A DNA stretch of 64,000 nucleotides from an uncultured Bacteroidota bacterium (GTDB lineage: Bacteria; Bacteroidota; Ignavibacteria; Kryptoniales; JAKASW01), in assembly GCA_963806435.1 (NCBI GenBank), contig CAWEBD010000128.1, forward strand, positions 14,466-78,465. Direction: 5' to 3'. Positions 39,427 through 48,692 of the stretch are shown here, piece by piece. Numbering within the stretch: the first letter of the stretch is position 1; every line of letters starts with the position of its first letter. The notes under the pieces were generated by a model. The model did no database searches. It worked only from the letters and a program-made list of their open reading frames with translations, and was not told the origin of the DNA. Made by a program: the position numbers and the translations under genes.

Positions 39427-39609
39427 CTAGTCTTTCTTTTCTTCTTCTTTCTTCTCGGATCCCTCTTCGGGCTCCTTTACCGACTTCTTGAATTCCCTGA
39501 TCCCTTTGCCTATACCCTGCGCGAGCTCCGGAATTTTCTTGCCTCCGAAGAGCAACAAGAGGGCGGCGACAATGAGAATTATCTCCGTTGGGCCGATTGA
39601 GTCAAACAT
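39427..39609 (-). CDS. tatA: Tat translocase TatA/E subunit (copy 1)
   Basis: IGPTEII...[23 protein letters not shown]. Confidence 0.92.
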   Translation of the reverse strand: MFDSIGPTEIILIVAALLLLFGGKKIPELAQGIGKGIREFKKSVKEPEEGSEKKEEEKKD

Positions 39610-39627
39610 AGCAACCTCTGCTTTCCA

Positions 39628-40323
39628 TCAATTTAAACTCTCTACCACCGATTTCAAAACCATCACTCCGCTCGCGCTCCCCAGTATTTGTTCGCTCGCG
39701 CGCTCCGGGTGAGGCATCATTCCGAGCACGTTACGTTTGGCGTTCACGATCCCTGCGATATTCAGTATCGATCCGTTGGGGTTCGATTCTGGTGTAATTT
39801 GTCCGTCCGCTGTCGAATAACGGAACACAATCTGGCCGTTGTCCTCCAGGTTTTTCAACGTCGAATCGTCGGCGTAGTAGTTGCCGTCGCCGTGGGCGAT
39901 CGGCACCTTCAGGACCTGTCCATTTTTCAACGCGGAAGTGAAAGGAGTCGCGGTCGTTTCGGTCCTCAAATAGACTTGCCTGCAAATGAACTTCAGGTTC
40001 GCGTTCCTGAGAAGGGCACCGGGAAGGAGGCCGGTCTCGACCAGCACCTGGAAACCGTTGCAGATTCCCATGACGCGCCCGCCGTGCTCCGCGAATTTGA
40101 CAACCTCGTTCATTATGGGCGAAAATCTCGCGATGGCACCGGACCTCAGATAATCGCCGTAAGAAAATCCGCCCGGGAGTACCACTAAGTCGACTCCGGC
40201 GAGGCTTGTTTCCTTATGCCACAATAATTCGACCTTCTGGTTGAGCACAGACCCGAAGGCGTTGTACGCGTCCATGTCACAGTTGGAGCCCGGAAAGACC
40301 ACCACTCCGACTTTGCCCTTCAT
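39628..40323 (-). CDS. purQ: FGAM synthase glutaminase subunit
   Basis: [30 protein letters not shown]. Confidence 0.97.
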   Translation of the reverse strand: MKGKVGVVVFPGSNCDMDAYNAFGSVLNQKVELLWHKETSLAGVDLVVLPGGFSYGDYLRSGAIARFSPIMNEVVKFAEHGGRVMGICNGFQVLVETGLLPGALLRNANLKFICRQVYLRTETTATPFTSALKNGQVLKVPIAHGDGNYYADDSTLKNLEDNGQIVFRYSTADGQITPESNPNGSILNIAGIVNAKRNVLGMMPHPERASEQILGSASGVMVLKSVVESLN

Positions 40324-40625
40324 GACGCGATCTTTCCTTTCGGCTGCCGGCTTGAGAACTTCGTCACTGTCTTGCCGGACTCGTCGAATAATTCACATTC
40401 ATACTCTTCCGTAACGGGATTCGCAAGAAGCTTCGTGCATGCGGACTGCACCAACGCGGCGGCGCGTTGAGCGTCCGATTCGTCGACGGACACATCTATG
40501 TTCTTCCCTGTCCTGACGCTCCCCAGTTCAGCAAAGCCGAGATTGTGCAGGCTGCTTTCAATTGCCTTCCCCTGCGGGTCGAGGATTTTCGATTTAAGTG
40601 TTACCTCTATTCTTGCCTTGAACAA
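40320..40625 (-). CDS. purS: FGAM synthase PurS subunit
   Basis: LDPQG, LLANPV. Confidence 0.93.
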   Translation of the reverse strand: MFKARIEVTLKSKILDPQGKAIESSLHNLGFAELGSVRTGKNIDVSVDESDAQRAAALVQSACTKLLANPVTEEYECELFDESGKTVTKFSSRQPKGKIAS

Positions 40626-40635
40626 ATATACCTCC

Positions 40636-41430
40636 TCAGATATCGAAACTGCTCAGCTCGACGTCCTCATCCTCTTCAGCATGTTTGCGCAGGGACAAAG
40701 CCGCCTTAATGTGTTCGATCACCCACCGGATGAGTCCGCCGACTATATAAAGCACCAAAAGCCAGAACAATGCCCTGCCGAGGGTGACGACCGCAACGAT
40801 AAGACCGAGTGAAAAGACCATAAACTTAAGGGGATGAGATCGGATCGCCCTCTTGCTGAGCTTTGGGAGAGTGTCATACCTGACGGTGCTTACCATCAGC
40901 AGCGACAGCGCGACCGCCAAAGCCGGCATGAACGGCGCTGCTCCGGCGCTCAGCGCCCCCAGATTCCCGTCGTAAAACAGCAAAATAAAAGAGCTGATGG
41001 TGATGGCACTGGAAGGGATCGGGAGTCCTTTGAAATAATCCTTGTCGAACCCGACGAGTTGGACATTGAAACGAGCCAAACGGAGCCCGCCGAATACCAT
41101 GACCATCGCGCTCGCCAGTGTCCCGATCGGCCCCAGGCTGTGAAGCCCGACTATGTACATCATGAACGAAGGCGCGACCCCAAACGACACGAGGTCCGAT
41201 AACGAGTCGAGCTCGACGCCGAATTCGCTCGAGCTCTTCGTCAACCTTGCCATCACACCATCGAGGCTGTCGAATATCGCCGCGAGTACCACAAGCCAGG
41301 CGGCTGATACAAAGTTACGATCCGCGGAGGCCAGAATTGACATGAAACCGGAAAACATGTTTAGGATCGTAAAGAAGCTCGGAATAACCGCCCGGGATAT
41401 ATGTATGTTGTATTTCCTCTTCCTACTCAT
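40636..41430 (-). CDS. pssA: CDP-diacylglycerol--serine O-phosphatidyltransferase
   Basis: DSLDGVMAR...FGVELDSLSDLVSFGVAP, RLARFN, FKGLPIP. Confidence 0.93.
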   Translation of the reverse strand: MSRKRKYNIHISRAVIPSFFTILNMFSGFMSILASADRNFVSAAWLVVLAAIFDSLDGVMARLTKSSSEFGVELDSLSDLVSFGVAPSFMMYIVGLHSLGPIGTLASAMVMVFGGLRLARFNVQLVGFDKDYFKGLPIPSSAITISSFILLFYDGNLGALSAGAAPFMPALAVALSLLMVSTVRYDTLPKLSKRAIRSHPLKFMVFSLGLIVAVVTLGRALFWLLVLYIVGGLIRWVIEHIKAALSLRKHAEEDEDVELSSFDI

Positions 41431-42097
41431 TCTGCAGGACTCCAAGGATTGTATTCCCGCCAAGGGTTTTCTCGCCAAGTTTCACTTTTACCTCGCAGTT
41501 CATCGGGAGCAGCACATCGACGCGTGATCCGAACTTGATCATTCCGAACCTCTCGCCCGCTCTAACCCCCTGGCCTTCCGAAAGCTCGCACACTATCCTG
41601 CGCGCTATGAAACCTGCTATCTGTTTGAACAGCACGCGCTGCCCCTTGTTTTCGATCCCTATCAACATCCGTTCGTTTCTTTCGCTCGATTTCTCATCGA
41701 AGGCGACAATGTACTCGCCCTTGATATATTTGAGATACTTCACCATCCCGTTGAGGGGGATCCTGTTCACGTGAACGTTTGCCGGCGACATGAATATGCT
41801 CACCATCTTCGCCCGCGTCCGGAGAAATTCGGGCTCGTCGGTTTCGCCGATAAAAACCACCTTGCCGTCGGCGGGTGAAATCACTATCTCGTCGCCCGAT
41901 GCGGCCGGAGTACGGTCGGGGTCGCGGAAGAAATAGAGAGTGAACGCCGCCGCAAGAAGGGCGATGGAATCCATGATTATTTTGACCGAAAGGACGGGGA
42001 CAAGAAAGGACACTAGCACAAGCACGACGCACGAAATCAAGACGACTGCGATCACGTCGGATCCATAGTGAGCAAACTTAGGAAACATTTCTGTCAA
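41423..42097 (-). CDS. psd: Phosphatidylserine decarboxylase (short type)
   Basis: FFRDPDR, SPADG, NVHVNR, FGSRVD. Confidence 0.95.
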   Translation of the reverse strand: MTEMFPKFAHYGSDVIAVVLISCVVLVLVSFLVPVLSVKIIMDSIALLAAAFTLYFFRDPDRTPAASGDEIVISPADGKVVFIGETDEPEFLRTRAKMVSIFMSPANVHVNRIPLNGMVKYLKYIKGEYIVAFDEKSSERNERMLIGIENKGQRVLFKQIAGFIARRIVCELSEGQGVRAGERFGMIKFGSRVDVLLPMNCEVKVKLGEKTLGGNTILGVLQNE

Positions 42098-42816
42098 GCC
42101 TTGCGCTTTGCAGAAGGAAGGATGCGATTATACAGGAGTTGGTAGTGTTTAGTGGCCTCGCGCGAATCCCGCGCCGACACGACTGAAATTTCTTCGCCCG
42201 TTGAATTGTCTATCGCGGTAATATTTTCCGGGGAAATCTCGTCACCGAGCATTATCACACCCTTATACTTCCCAAACTTCATCGTAATATCAATTAGAGT
42301 AAAACCGCGTCTCTCCAGAAAACTTTTCATTACAGCGTCGATCTTGCTCGCGAGCCGGTTCACAGTCCTGAATTCGTCCGGCGTAAGAAGCTGCAAAGCG
42401 TAGAGATGAGTATCATTGACAAGGTGCTCGCCCGTTTCATCTTTCAGAAGATACTCGAATACCGGGAAATCGAGTTGTTGCTTCGGCTTGAAATGCTTGA
42501 ACCGTTTCGCGAAAGACAGGGAGGCCAGATTTCTTACAGTCACCTCGACGGGTATTACGTTGAGGCGTTTTATCAGAAGCTCACTGCCGTTCTGGCTGAA
42601 GAAATGTGTGGGAATCTGGTAGGTCTCGAGGTACGCGAAGATAAACGCCTGCAATTCAGCGGCAATTCTCGGCCTGTCCTTGATCTTGAAAACTTTTTTC
42701 CCGTCAACCCCCAACTCAGGGCGGAATTCAGCCAGCAAAATATCATCCTGCGGGAGCGAATAAAGAACTTTCGAGCTCCCCTTGGAGAGAACCAGTCTTT
42801 TTTCCTTTTTTGCCAA
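42094..42816 (-). CDS. purC: SAICAR synthetase-like protein with degenerate motifs
   Basis: IPTHF, IPVEVTVRN and LGDEISP are retained; several catalytic motifs are altered (see findings). Confidence 0.75.
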   Translation of the reverse strand: MAKKEKRLVLSKGSSKVLYSLPQDDILLAEFRPELGVDGKKVFKIKDRPRIAAELQAFIFAYLETYQIPTHFFSQNGSELLIKRLNVIPVEVTVRNLASLSFAKRFKHFKPKQQLDFPVFEYLLKDETGEHLVNDTHLYALQLLTPDEFRTVNRLASKIDAVMKSFLERRGFTLIDITMKFGKYKGVIMLGDEISPENITAIDNSTGEEISVVSARDSREATKHYQLLYNRILPSAKRKA

Positions 42817-43051
42817 TAAACCTCCGCTGAAATTCGTAAAATAATAACAAAAACAGGGCGAAAAGTCAAGGCGCTAACTTATTGATTTTGTGGAGCTTAT
42901 AAAATTTTTTGGGGGAGGATAATTTCACTAAAAATTTGATGGGATAATTACAGGATTGGAGCCTAAATCTGGTCAAAAAGAGGTTCGAAATTCAGTGAAA
43001 GTTGGATGCCCTTCACAGAATTTAACTGCCAAAATGAATTACCCGCAGAAT

Positions 43052-43774
43052 TCAAGCGGTCAACGCGGCTGAATCGACCCACCAATCCAGCTTCCCATGA
43101 ACCGGGTTTATCCCTTTGGCTGGATAAGTGTGAAAGTCGGAGCCCTCGGTGAGGACTTCCCTGAGTGCACTTCTCTTGTCGCTCCCCGAAACCAGAAAGT
43201 AGACGGCAGAGGCCTGGTTGAGGATTGGGTATGTGAGCGTGATTCGCTTATGCGGGATCGCCGGCACATCGACCGACATCACCCACCGACGGCTCTCGTC
43301 CAACGCAGGTGAGTCGGGGAATAAAGACGCTGTATGGCCTTCCTTCCCCATGCCGAGGAGCACAAGATCGAACGAACTTCCGTTTTCCTGGAAATGATTC
43401 CGCAGTTCTCTTTCGTACGCCTCGGCGGCCTTCACTGGATCCGAATGGTCCGTCGGAATAGGGTAGACATTCCGTTTAGGAATTGGGACCAGATTGAGCA
43501 GAGTCTCGCCGGCCATCAGGTAATTGCTCAGATTATCAGTATGAGGCACGTACCTTTCGTCTCCGAAAAATATAGAAACCGATTCCCACGGAATCTTCTT
43601 GCGGTAGACTGTTCCGAGAAGATTGTGAAGAGTTCTGGGTGTGCTTCCTCCTGAGAGTGCGAGCGCGAAACGACCTCTCCGCGAGACCGTACCCGCGATG
43701 AGGTCGGCTATTTCACCGGCAGCCGCCTCGCTAAGTTCGTTGAGATCCCGAAACTTCTTCACATCACCGGTCAC
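43052..43774 (-). CDS. pgl: 6-phosphogluconolactonase
   Basis: LSGGSTP, GDERYVP, GHTASLFP; GTGA overlap with the zwf stop. Confidence 0.95.
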   Translation of the reverse strand: MTGDVKKFRDLNELSEAAAGEIADLIAGTVSRRGRFALALSGGSTPRTLHNLLGTVYRKKIPWESVSIFFGDERYVPHTDNLSNYLMAGETLLNLVPIPKRNVYPIPTDHSDPVKAAEAYERELRNHFQENGSSFDLVLLGMGKEGHTASLFPDSPALDESRRWVMSVDVPAIPHKRITLTYPILNQASAVYFLVSGSDKRSALREVLTEGSDFHTYPAKGINPVHGKLDWWVDSAALTA

Positions 43775-45213
43775 ACCGTGCTCCACTTTTCACCGTCGAG
43801 GAGCCTTTCCGCTTCAACGGGGCCCCATGTCCCCGACGCGTATCTGTTCACATCGAACTTGTGCGAGAGAAGAGGTGTGTACAAATCCCAGGAAGCTTCG
43901 ACCTCGTCGGCGCGGACGAAGAGCGTCTGGTCACCCTTCAGCACGTCGAGCAAAAGAGTCTCGTATGCGTCAGGAATCCTGCCGAATACTTCTCCATATT
44001 GAAAATGGAGTCTCTGGGTCGAAAGTTTGTAAGCATCGCCCGGCTCCTTGACCTTGAAGTACAGGTCGAAGCCTTCGTTCGGCTGCAAGGTCATGACAAG
44101 CTTGTTCGGCTGGATGTCTTTTATGGAGAACTGCCGGAAGATGGATACGGGAGGCCGGCGGAATGTGATCGCGACCTCGGTAATTCCTTTGAACATTCTC
44201 TTGCCGGTCCGAAGCACGAACGGAACACCCTGCCAGCGCCAGTTGGAGATGTTGAGCTTCAAAGCGACATACGTTTCCGTCTGTGAGTCCTTGCCGACTC
44301 TTTCTTCCTCAAGATATCCTTCAACCTCCCTCCCCTGCACGGCACCGCGGGAATACTGCCCGAAGACGACATCTTCGGTGGATATGGGAGATATGGACCG
44401 CAGCACCTTTACCTTCTCGTGGCGGACCGCGTCGGCTTCGAGCGCAGTCGGTACCTCCATGGCAGTAAGCGTCGTCAGCTGCGTCAGGTGGTTCTGTATC
44501 ATGTCGCGCAGGGCACCGACACGATCGTAGTATCCTCCCCTGTGTTCTGCACCGACAGTTTCAGCCACCGTGATTTCCACGCGCTCTATCCTATCGCGGT
44601 TCCAGAGGGATTCGAACATGGCGTTGCTGAACCGGAAGGCTATGACATTCTGGACCGTCTCTTTGCCAAGGTAATGGTCGATACGGTAGATCTGAGATTC
44701 GTCGAAGTACCTATGCACGAGTGCGTTAAGTTCGCGTGCGGACTGCAGGTCCTGGCCGAAGGGCTTTTCGACGACGAGCTTTACCTCTCCCGCGCTTTTG
44801 TTGAGTCCGACCTCACCGATATTCTTAATGGCATTCGGAAACACCGAGGGCGGGACCGCGAGATAGAAGATCCGATTCCCCGGGAGGTTGGACTGTTTTT
44901 CCAATTCGAGGATTCTGTCTGCAAGCGTCTTATACTCTTCGAGCGTGCCGCCACCCACAGAATGGTAATACGCCCACTCAAAAGTTTCTCCGGCCGCGCT
45001 GTGGTCGATGCCCTCTTCCTCGACGGACCGGGCCACAAAGTCACGGTAAGTCTCGTCGTTGTGTTTCTTTCCCGTCCCAGCGCCGATGAGCTGGAACTCG
45101 GAGAGATGTTTGTCCCGGAGCCTGCAAATGGCCGGGAGGAGCTTCCTCCGCGCGAGATCGCCGGTTCCGCCGATGATCACTAGTAGATACGGGGGTACTC
45201 TTTTGCCATTCAT
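43771..45213 (-). CDS. zwf: Glucose-6-phosphate 1-dehydrogenase
   Basis: GGTGDL, EKPFG, RIDHYLGKE, RDMIQNH. Confidence 0.97.
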   Translation of the reverse strand: MNGKRVPPYLLVIIGGTGDLARRKLLPAICRLRDKHLSEFQLIGAGTGKKHNDETYRDFVARSVEEEGIDHSAAGETFEWAYYHSVGGGTLEEYKTLADRILELEKQSNLPGNRIFYLAVPPSVFPNAIKNIGEVGLNKSAGEVKLVVEKPFGQDLQSARELNALVHRYFDESQIYRIDHYLGKETVQNVIAFRFSNAMFESLWNRDRIERVEITVAETVGAEHRGGYYDRVGALRDMIQNHLTQLTTLTAMEVPTALEADAVRHEKVKVLRSISPISTEDVVFGQYSRGAVQGREVEGYLEEERVGKDSQTETYVALKLNISNWRWQGVPFVLRTGKRMFKGITEVAITFRRPPVSIFRQFSIKDIQPNKLVMTLQPNEGFDLYFKVKEPGDAYKLSTQRLHFQYGEVFGRIPDAYETLLLDVLKGDQTLFVRADEVEASWDLYTPLLSHKFDVNRYASGTWGPVEAERLLDGEKWSTV

Positions 45214-45214
45214 A

Positions 45215-46123
45215 TTATTTCCCTTCCTTAACTGCGTGCCCGCCGAATTCATGCCTCATCATCGCAAGTAGCCGGCCGCCGAATTCTTCGGTATCCTGGC
45301 TGGAAAACCGTTCGTAGAGTGACTGTGTTATTACAGGAAGAGAAACGCCGAGATCGATTGCCTCCAGTGCCGTCCAACGGCCTTCGCCCGAATCGGCAAC
45401 GAAGGGCGCAACCTTCGTGAGTTCCTGGTCGCTCTTCAAAGCATCTGCGGTCAGATCGAGCAGCCAGCTCCTGACGACGCTCCCGAATCTCCATATCTCG
45501 GCAACCCGGTGGAGATCGAGGTCGAATTCGGCCTTCTTCTTGAGCAGCTCAAATCCCTCGGCATACGCCTCCATGAGGCCGTATTCGATTCCGTTGTGAA
45601 CCATCTTAACAAAGTGACCAGATCCGCAGGGCCCGACATGCCCCCACCCCTTGTCCTTTCCCGGGGCGAGCGCTTCAAAAATCGGCCTGACGTAATCGAC
45701 GGGCTTGTCGTCCCCGCCCACCATGAGGCTGTAACCTTCCTTCAATCCCCATATGCCTCCGCTCACGCCGGCATCAAGCATGCTGATCCCGCTTTCCGCG
45801 AGCTTATTGGCGCGCCTGATTGAGTCCTTATAATATGAATTGCCGCCGTCGATAACGATATCTCCGCTTTTCAGTTTCGGTATCAGCAGGTCGATAGTGT
45901 CGTCGACAGGCTTTCCGGCAGGGACCATTATCCACACTACTTTCGGCGCCGTCAGTTTCGAGATAAGCTCATCGATCGAGTTTGCACCCTCGTTCCCTTC
46001 TTCGATAATGCCCTTCACTGCCTGTTGGTCTCTGTCGAAACCGACGACTTTGTGTCCACCTTTCAGGAGCCTTTGCGCCATGTTGGCTCCCATTTTTCCT
46101 AATCCAATTAACCCAATTTTCAC
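45215..46123 (-). CDS. gnd: 6-phosphogluconate dehydrogenase (short type)
   Basis: GLGKMG, IDGGNS, KMVHNGIEYG, FGGHA. Confidence 0.96.
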   Translation of the reverse strand: MKIGLIGLGKMGANMAQRLLKGGHKVVGFDRDQQAVKGIIEEGNEGANSIDELISKLTAPKVVWIMVPAGKPVDDTIDLLIPKLKSGDIVIDGGNSYYKDSIRRANKLAESGISMLDAGVSGGIWGLKEGYSLMVGGDDKPVDYVRPIFEALAPGKDKGWGHVGPCGSGHFVKMVHNGIEYGLMEAYAEGFELLKKKAEFDLDLHRVAEIWRFGSVVRSWLLDLTADALKSDQELTKVAPFVADSGEGRWTALEAIDLGVSLPVITQSLYERFSSQDTEEFGGRLLAMMRHEFGGHAVKEGK

Positions 46124-48522
46124 TTTATTTCTCCTTGATCGATTGAAACTGAGAAGTCTGTGCCCTCCCAGTTACCAGAGCCCTTCCAATAGAATGTAAA
46201 CAAAGTTTTACCGCCTTCGTTCAATTGCGACGCGTCGATATCGGAGATATGCAATCCGAGGTGCTTGTCTTCCGTCGGGGTGTCGTGGATGGTTTTCCAG
46301 TTGTCGCCCGACCAATGGACCACGGCCGGCGCGAGGAGCTCAATTCTGAGTTTCAACCCCTTCCTCATCGATTTGATTTTATGATTGAACCTCCAGGACG
46401 CGATACCCGACGTGTGTTTTTCCTTAATGTATCTCTTAACGGTCTGGGGGGGTGTATCGAATAATGCTTTCTCCTCCAGTGACCTGACCAGCTTGACATA
46501 TTCCGCGTGCGCCCAGACCAGAGGCATAGCAGACCCTGAGGGCTTTCCGAAAAACAGTTCTTTCTCGGGGATATCGGGCGAATCCCAGACTTGTTCGGGG
46601 AGCAAACCTCCGTCACCCGCAAAAGATTCCAATGCTTTCAGCAATTTGCCCGCCGCGCCGGCGTTTCCGCTCGCAAGCTCGTAGTGGGCCCTCTCTCCCG
46701 TCAGAAGCGGCCAGGCTCTGCCGGTGCCTGTCCCGTCAAACGGGCTTCCGTCTTCGTGTTCTCCATAACCATCGTCGTTGTACCTGTGCCATGACGACCC
46801 CGTCGGCAACTCGACCCGAAGCAGTTTGTCGATCGCTTTTACGGTGTTCAATATCCTCGGGTCCTTCCCGTCGCGCAGTCCCAGGCGCACAAGCGCCAGC
46901 GCGTCCGGGCTTATTATGTGCGTCGCCTTCATGTTTGTTTCCGCGGGGGGACGATTCTTGATCGGGACGTAGCCGTCTTTCGGTGAGCCCGATTCGGCGA
47001 CATCGATGGGAGAAATCCGTACATAATATCCATCCACTCCCAGCTCGCGGGCGGAGCTTGTGCCGGTCACGTATATCCATCTTTCGATGCTCGAGTTCCA
47101 TGTGTCCGCGGTTTCGAGCAGATAATTCGCGAGCTCCCTGCTTTCGTACTTCCCGGCGTACTCCGCGGCGACAACCAGCCCGGCTATCTCAGCCGCAAGA
47201 GTGAAGGGAGTGTAACCGGGGTCTTCCTCCCACCGATCCTGCTGGCTCACCGGCCCATTACGGACGACGAAGCTGGCTGCGCCCCGCATCATCGGCCAGT
47301 ATCTTTCGACTTCCTGGCTAGTGATCGCTCCGCGCCTGTATGCGAGATCGACGAGGAGTATCGGAAGTGCCGCCTCGTCCATCTGGATTCCGCCCCAGTA
47401 AGGCATCCCGTCCATCCACATGTTTTGCGGCCAATGACCATCGCTCTCCTGAGTTGCTTCAAGATATGCGAGGGCCTGACGGGCTTCATCATTGGCGCCG
47501 ATTGCCAGAAACGCGCCGGCTGCCTCCACCATATCCCGCGGCCACACGAGATGATATCCTCCGAGGTCGTCGTCGCCTTTTGAGAAGCCCCACGGAACCG
47601 AAAGGCTCGCGATTATGCCGCCGGGTATGTAGACCCCGAGATGCGACTTCAGCACCACTTTGCTGATCCCATAAAGTGTGGCTTCTTGTTTGGGCGACCA
47701 GTTCTTTTTATTCCAGCCGTTCCAGAATTTCACATACCTATCCAGAGAGCTTTCGAACCCGTCGTAGATTGAAGCCAGCGCCTGGTGAGCGGCTTCGTCC
47801 GCGGTCCGCCCGAAGCCAAGCGCCAGAATGAATTCACCGCCGGATGATGCCACGTCAAGTTCTGCCGTAAGCGCCACGTTCCCGTTTTCGGCCCTGTCAT
47901 ATAGCGCGGTGAGTCGCTTGTTGGCCTTCAAGTCCTTCCAGCCGTCGGAGAACCCCACGAAACCGGCTGAACCCTGTTTGATGGGGACCGAGGCAAGCAT
48001 GGCCAGGCCGTAGCCGTCCCTTGACGCCATGAGCGCCGTTTTACCCTTGTATTCTCCGATCCAGCCCGTATTTCCGGCTCCTCTGTTCGCGACGTGCGGC
48101 GACATCAGAACATGGACCTTGTAATCCGAAAGCGTCCCGGCCAGAGGAGTGAATCTCACTTTCTGGAGGACGACAGGACGGCGGGAATCTGTCAGTATTT
48201 TCTTCTCTATGACGTAACGTTTAGACAGACACCTGTTGGTAAGAATGTAGGCGGGTACGTCCGGTTCCAGGAAGCCGAGCGAATGCTCCGCATCTCTTTT
48301 CTCTTCAGAGAAGAAGTCGGTACCGTCGGTGATTATGAGCTCCGCGTCTCGGATCATGGCCTGGTCCATCCGCGGGTAATAGACTTCGTTCAATATGCCG
48401 TGTGAAATTGTGAACCATGCAGGGCTGACTCCGGCAAAGGCCCCGCCTATTCCGTTTTTGGCACTCGATGTCCATCGGGCCGGAATTCCCGGCCACCCGG
48501 GTGCGTTAGTGGTGCTTGACAT
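46120..48522 (-). CDS. Glucoamylase / glucan 1,4-alpha-glucosidase (GH15)
   Basis: APGWPGIPARWTSSAK, YHLVWPRD, QDRWEE, RYNDDGYGE, LPEQVWD, PLVWAHAEY. Confidence 0.92.
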   Translation of the reverse strand: MSSTTNAPGWPGIPARWTSSAKNGIGGAFAGVSPAWFTISHGILNEVYYPRMDQAMIRDAELIITDGTDFFSEEKRDAEHSLGFLEPDVPAYILTNRCLSKRYVIEKKILTDSRRPVVLQKVRFTPLAGTLSDYKVHVLMSPHVANRGAGNTGWIGEYKGKTALMASRDGYGLAMLASVPIKQGSAGFVGFSDGWKDLKANKRLTALYDRAENGNVALTAELDVASSGGEFILALGFGRTADEAAHQALASIYDGFESSLDRYVKFWNGWNKKNWSPKQEATLYGISKVVLKSHLGVYIPGGIIASLSVPWGFSKGDDDLGGYHLVWPRDMVEAAGAFLAIGANDEARQALAYLEATQESDGHWPQNMWMDGMPYWGGIQMDEAALPILLVDLAYRRGAITSQEVERYWPMMRGAASFVVRNGPVSQQDRWEEDPGYTPFTLAAEIAGLVVAAEYAGKYESRELANYLLETADTWNSSIERWIYVTGTSSARELGVDGYYVRISPIDVAESGSPKDGYVPIKNRPPAETNMKATHIISPDALALVRLGLRDGKDPRILNTVKAIDKLLRVELPTGSSWHRYNDDGYGEHEDGSPFDGTGTGRAWPLLTGERAHYELASGNAGAAGKLLKALESFAGDGGLLPEQVWDSPDIPEKELFFGKPSGSAMPLVWAHAEYVKLVRSLEEKALFDTPPQTVKRYIKEKHTSGIASWRFNHKIKSMRKGLKLRIELLAPAVVHWSGDNWKTIHDTPTEDKHLGLHISDIDASQLNEGGKTLFTFYWKGSGNWEGTDFSVSIDQGEIK

Positions 48523-48692
48523 AGGATATTTCCTCTCTTTCCCGCTTTCATTTTAAAGAACCCGTACCATATTGGCAAGGGAAGTCACGTTAAAACAACA
48601 TTAAAGTCTTTTCATGGAACGCCCGCGGCGGGGCGCCGGCGGAGAGGGAGGGTTGATAGGGAGGTTGAGAGAGCGATTAGCCGGTTAGATTC

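Noticed and set aside
42820-43050. AT-rich gap as an integration site
   Set aside because: No integrase, tRNA or paired direct repeat seen; consistent with a promoter region
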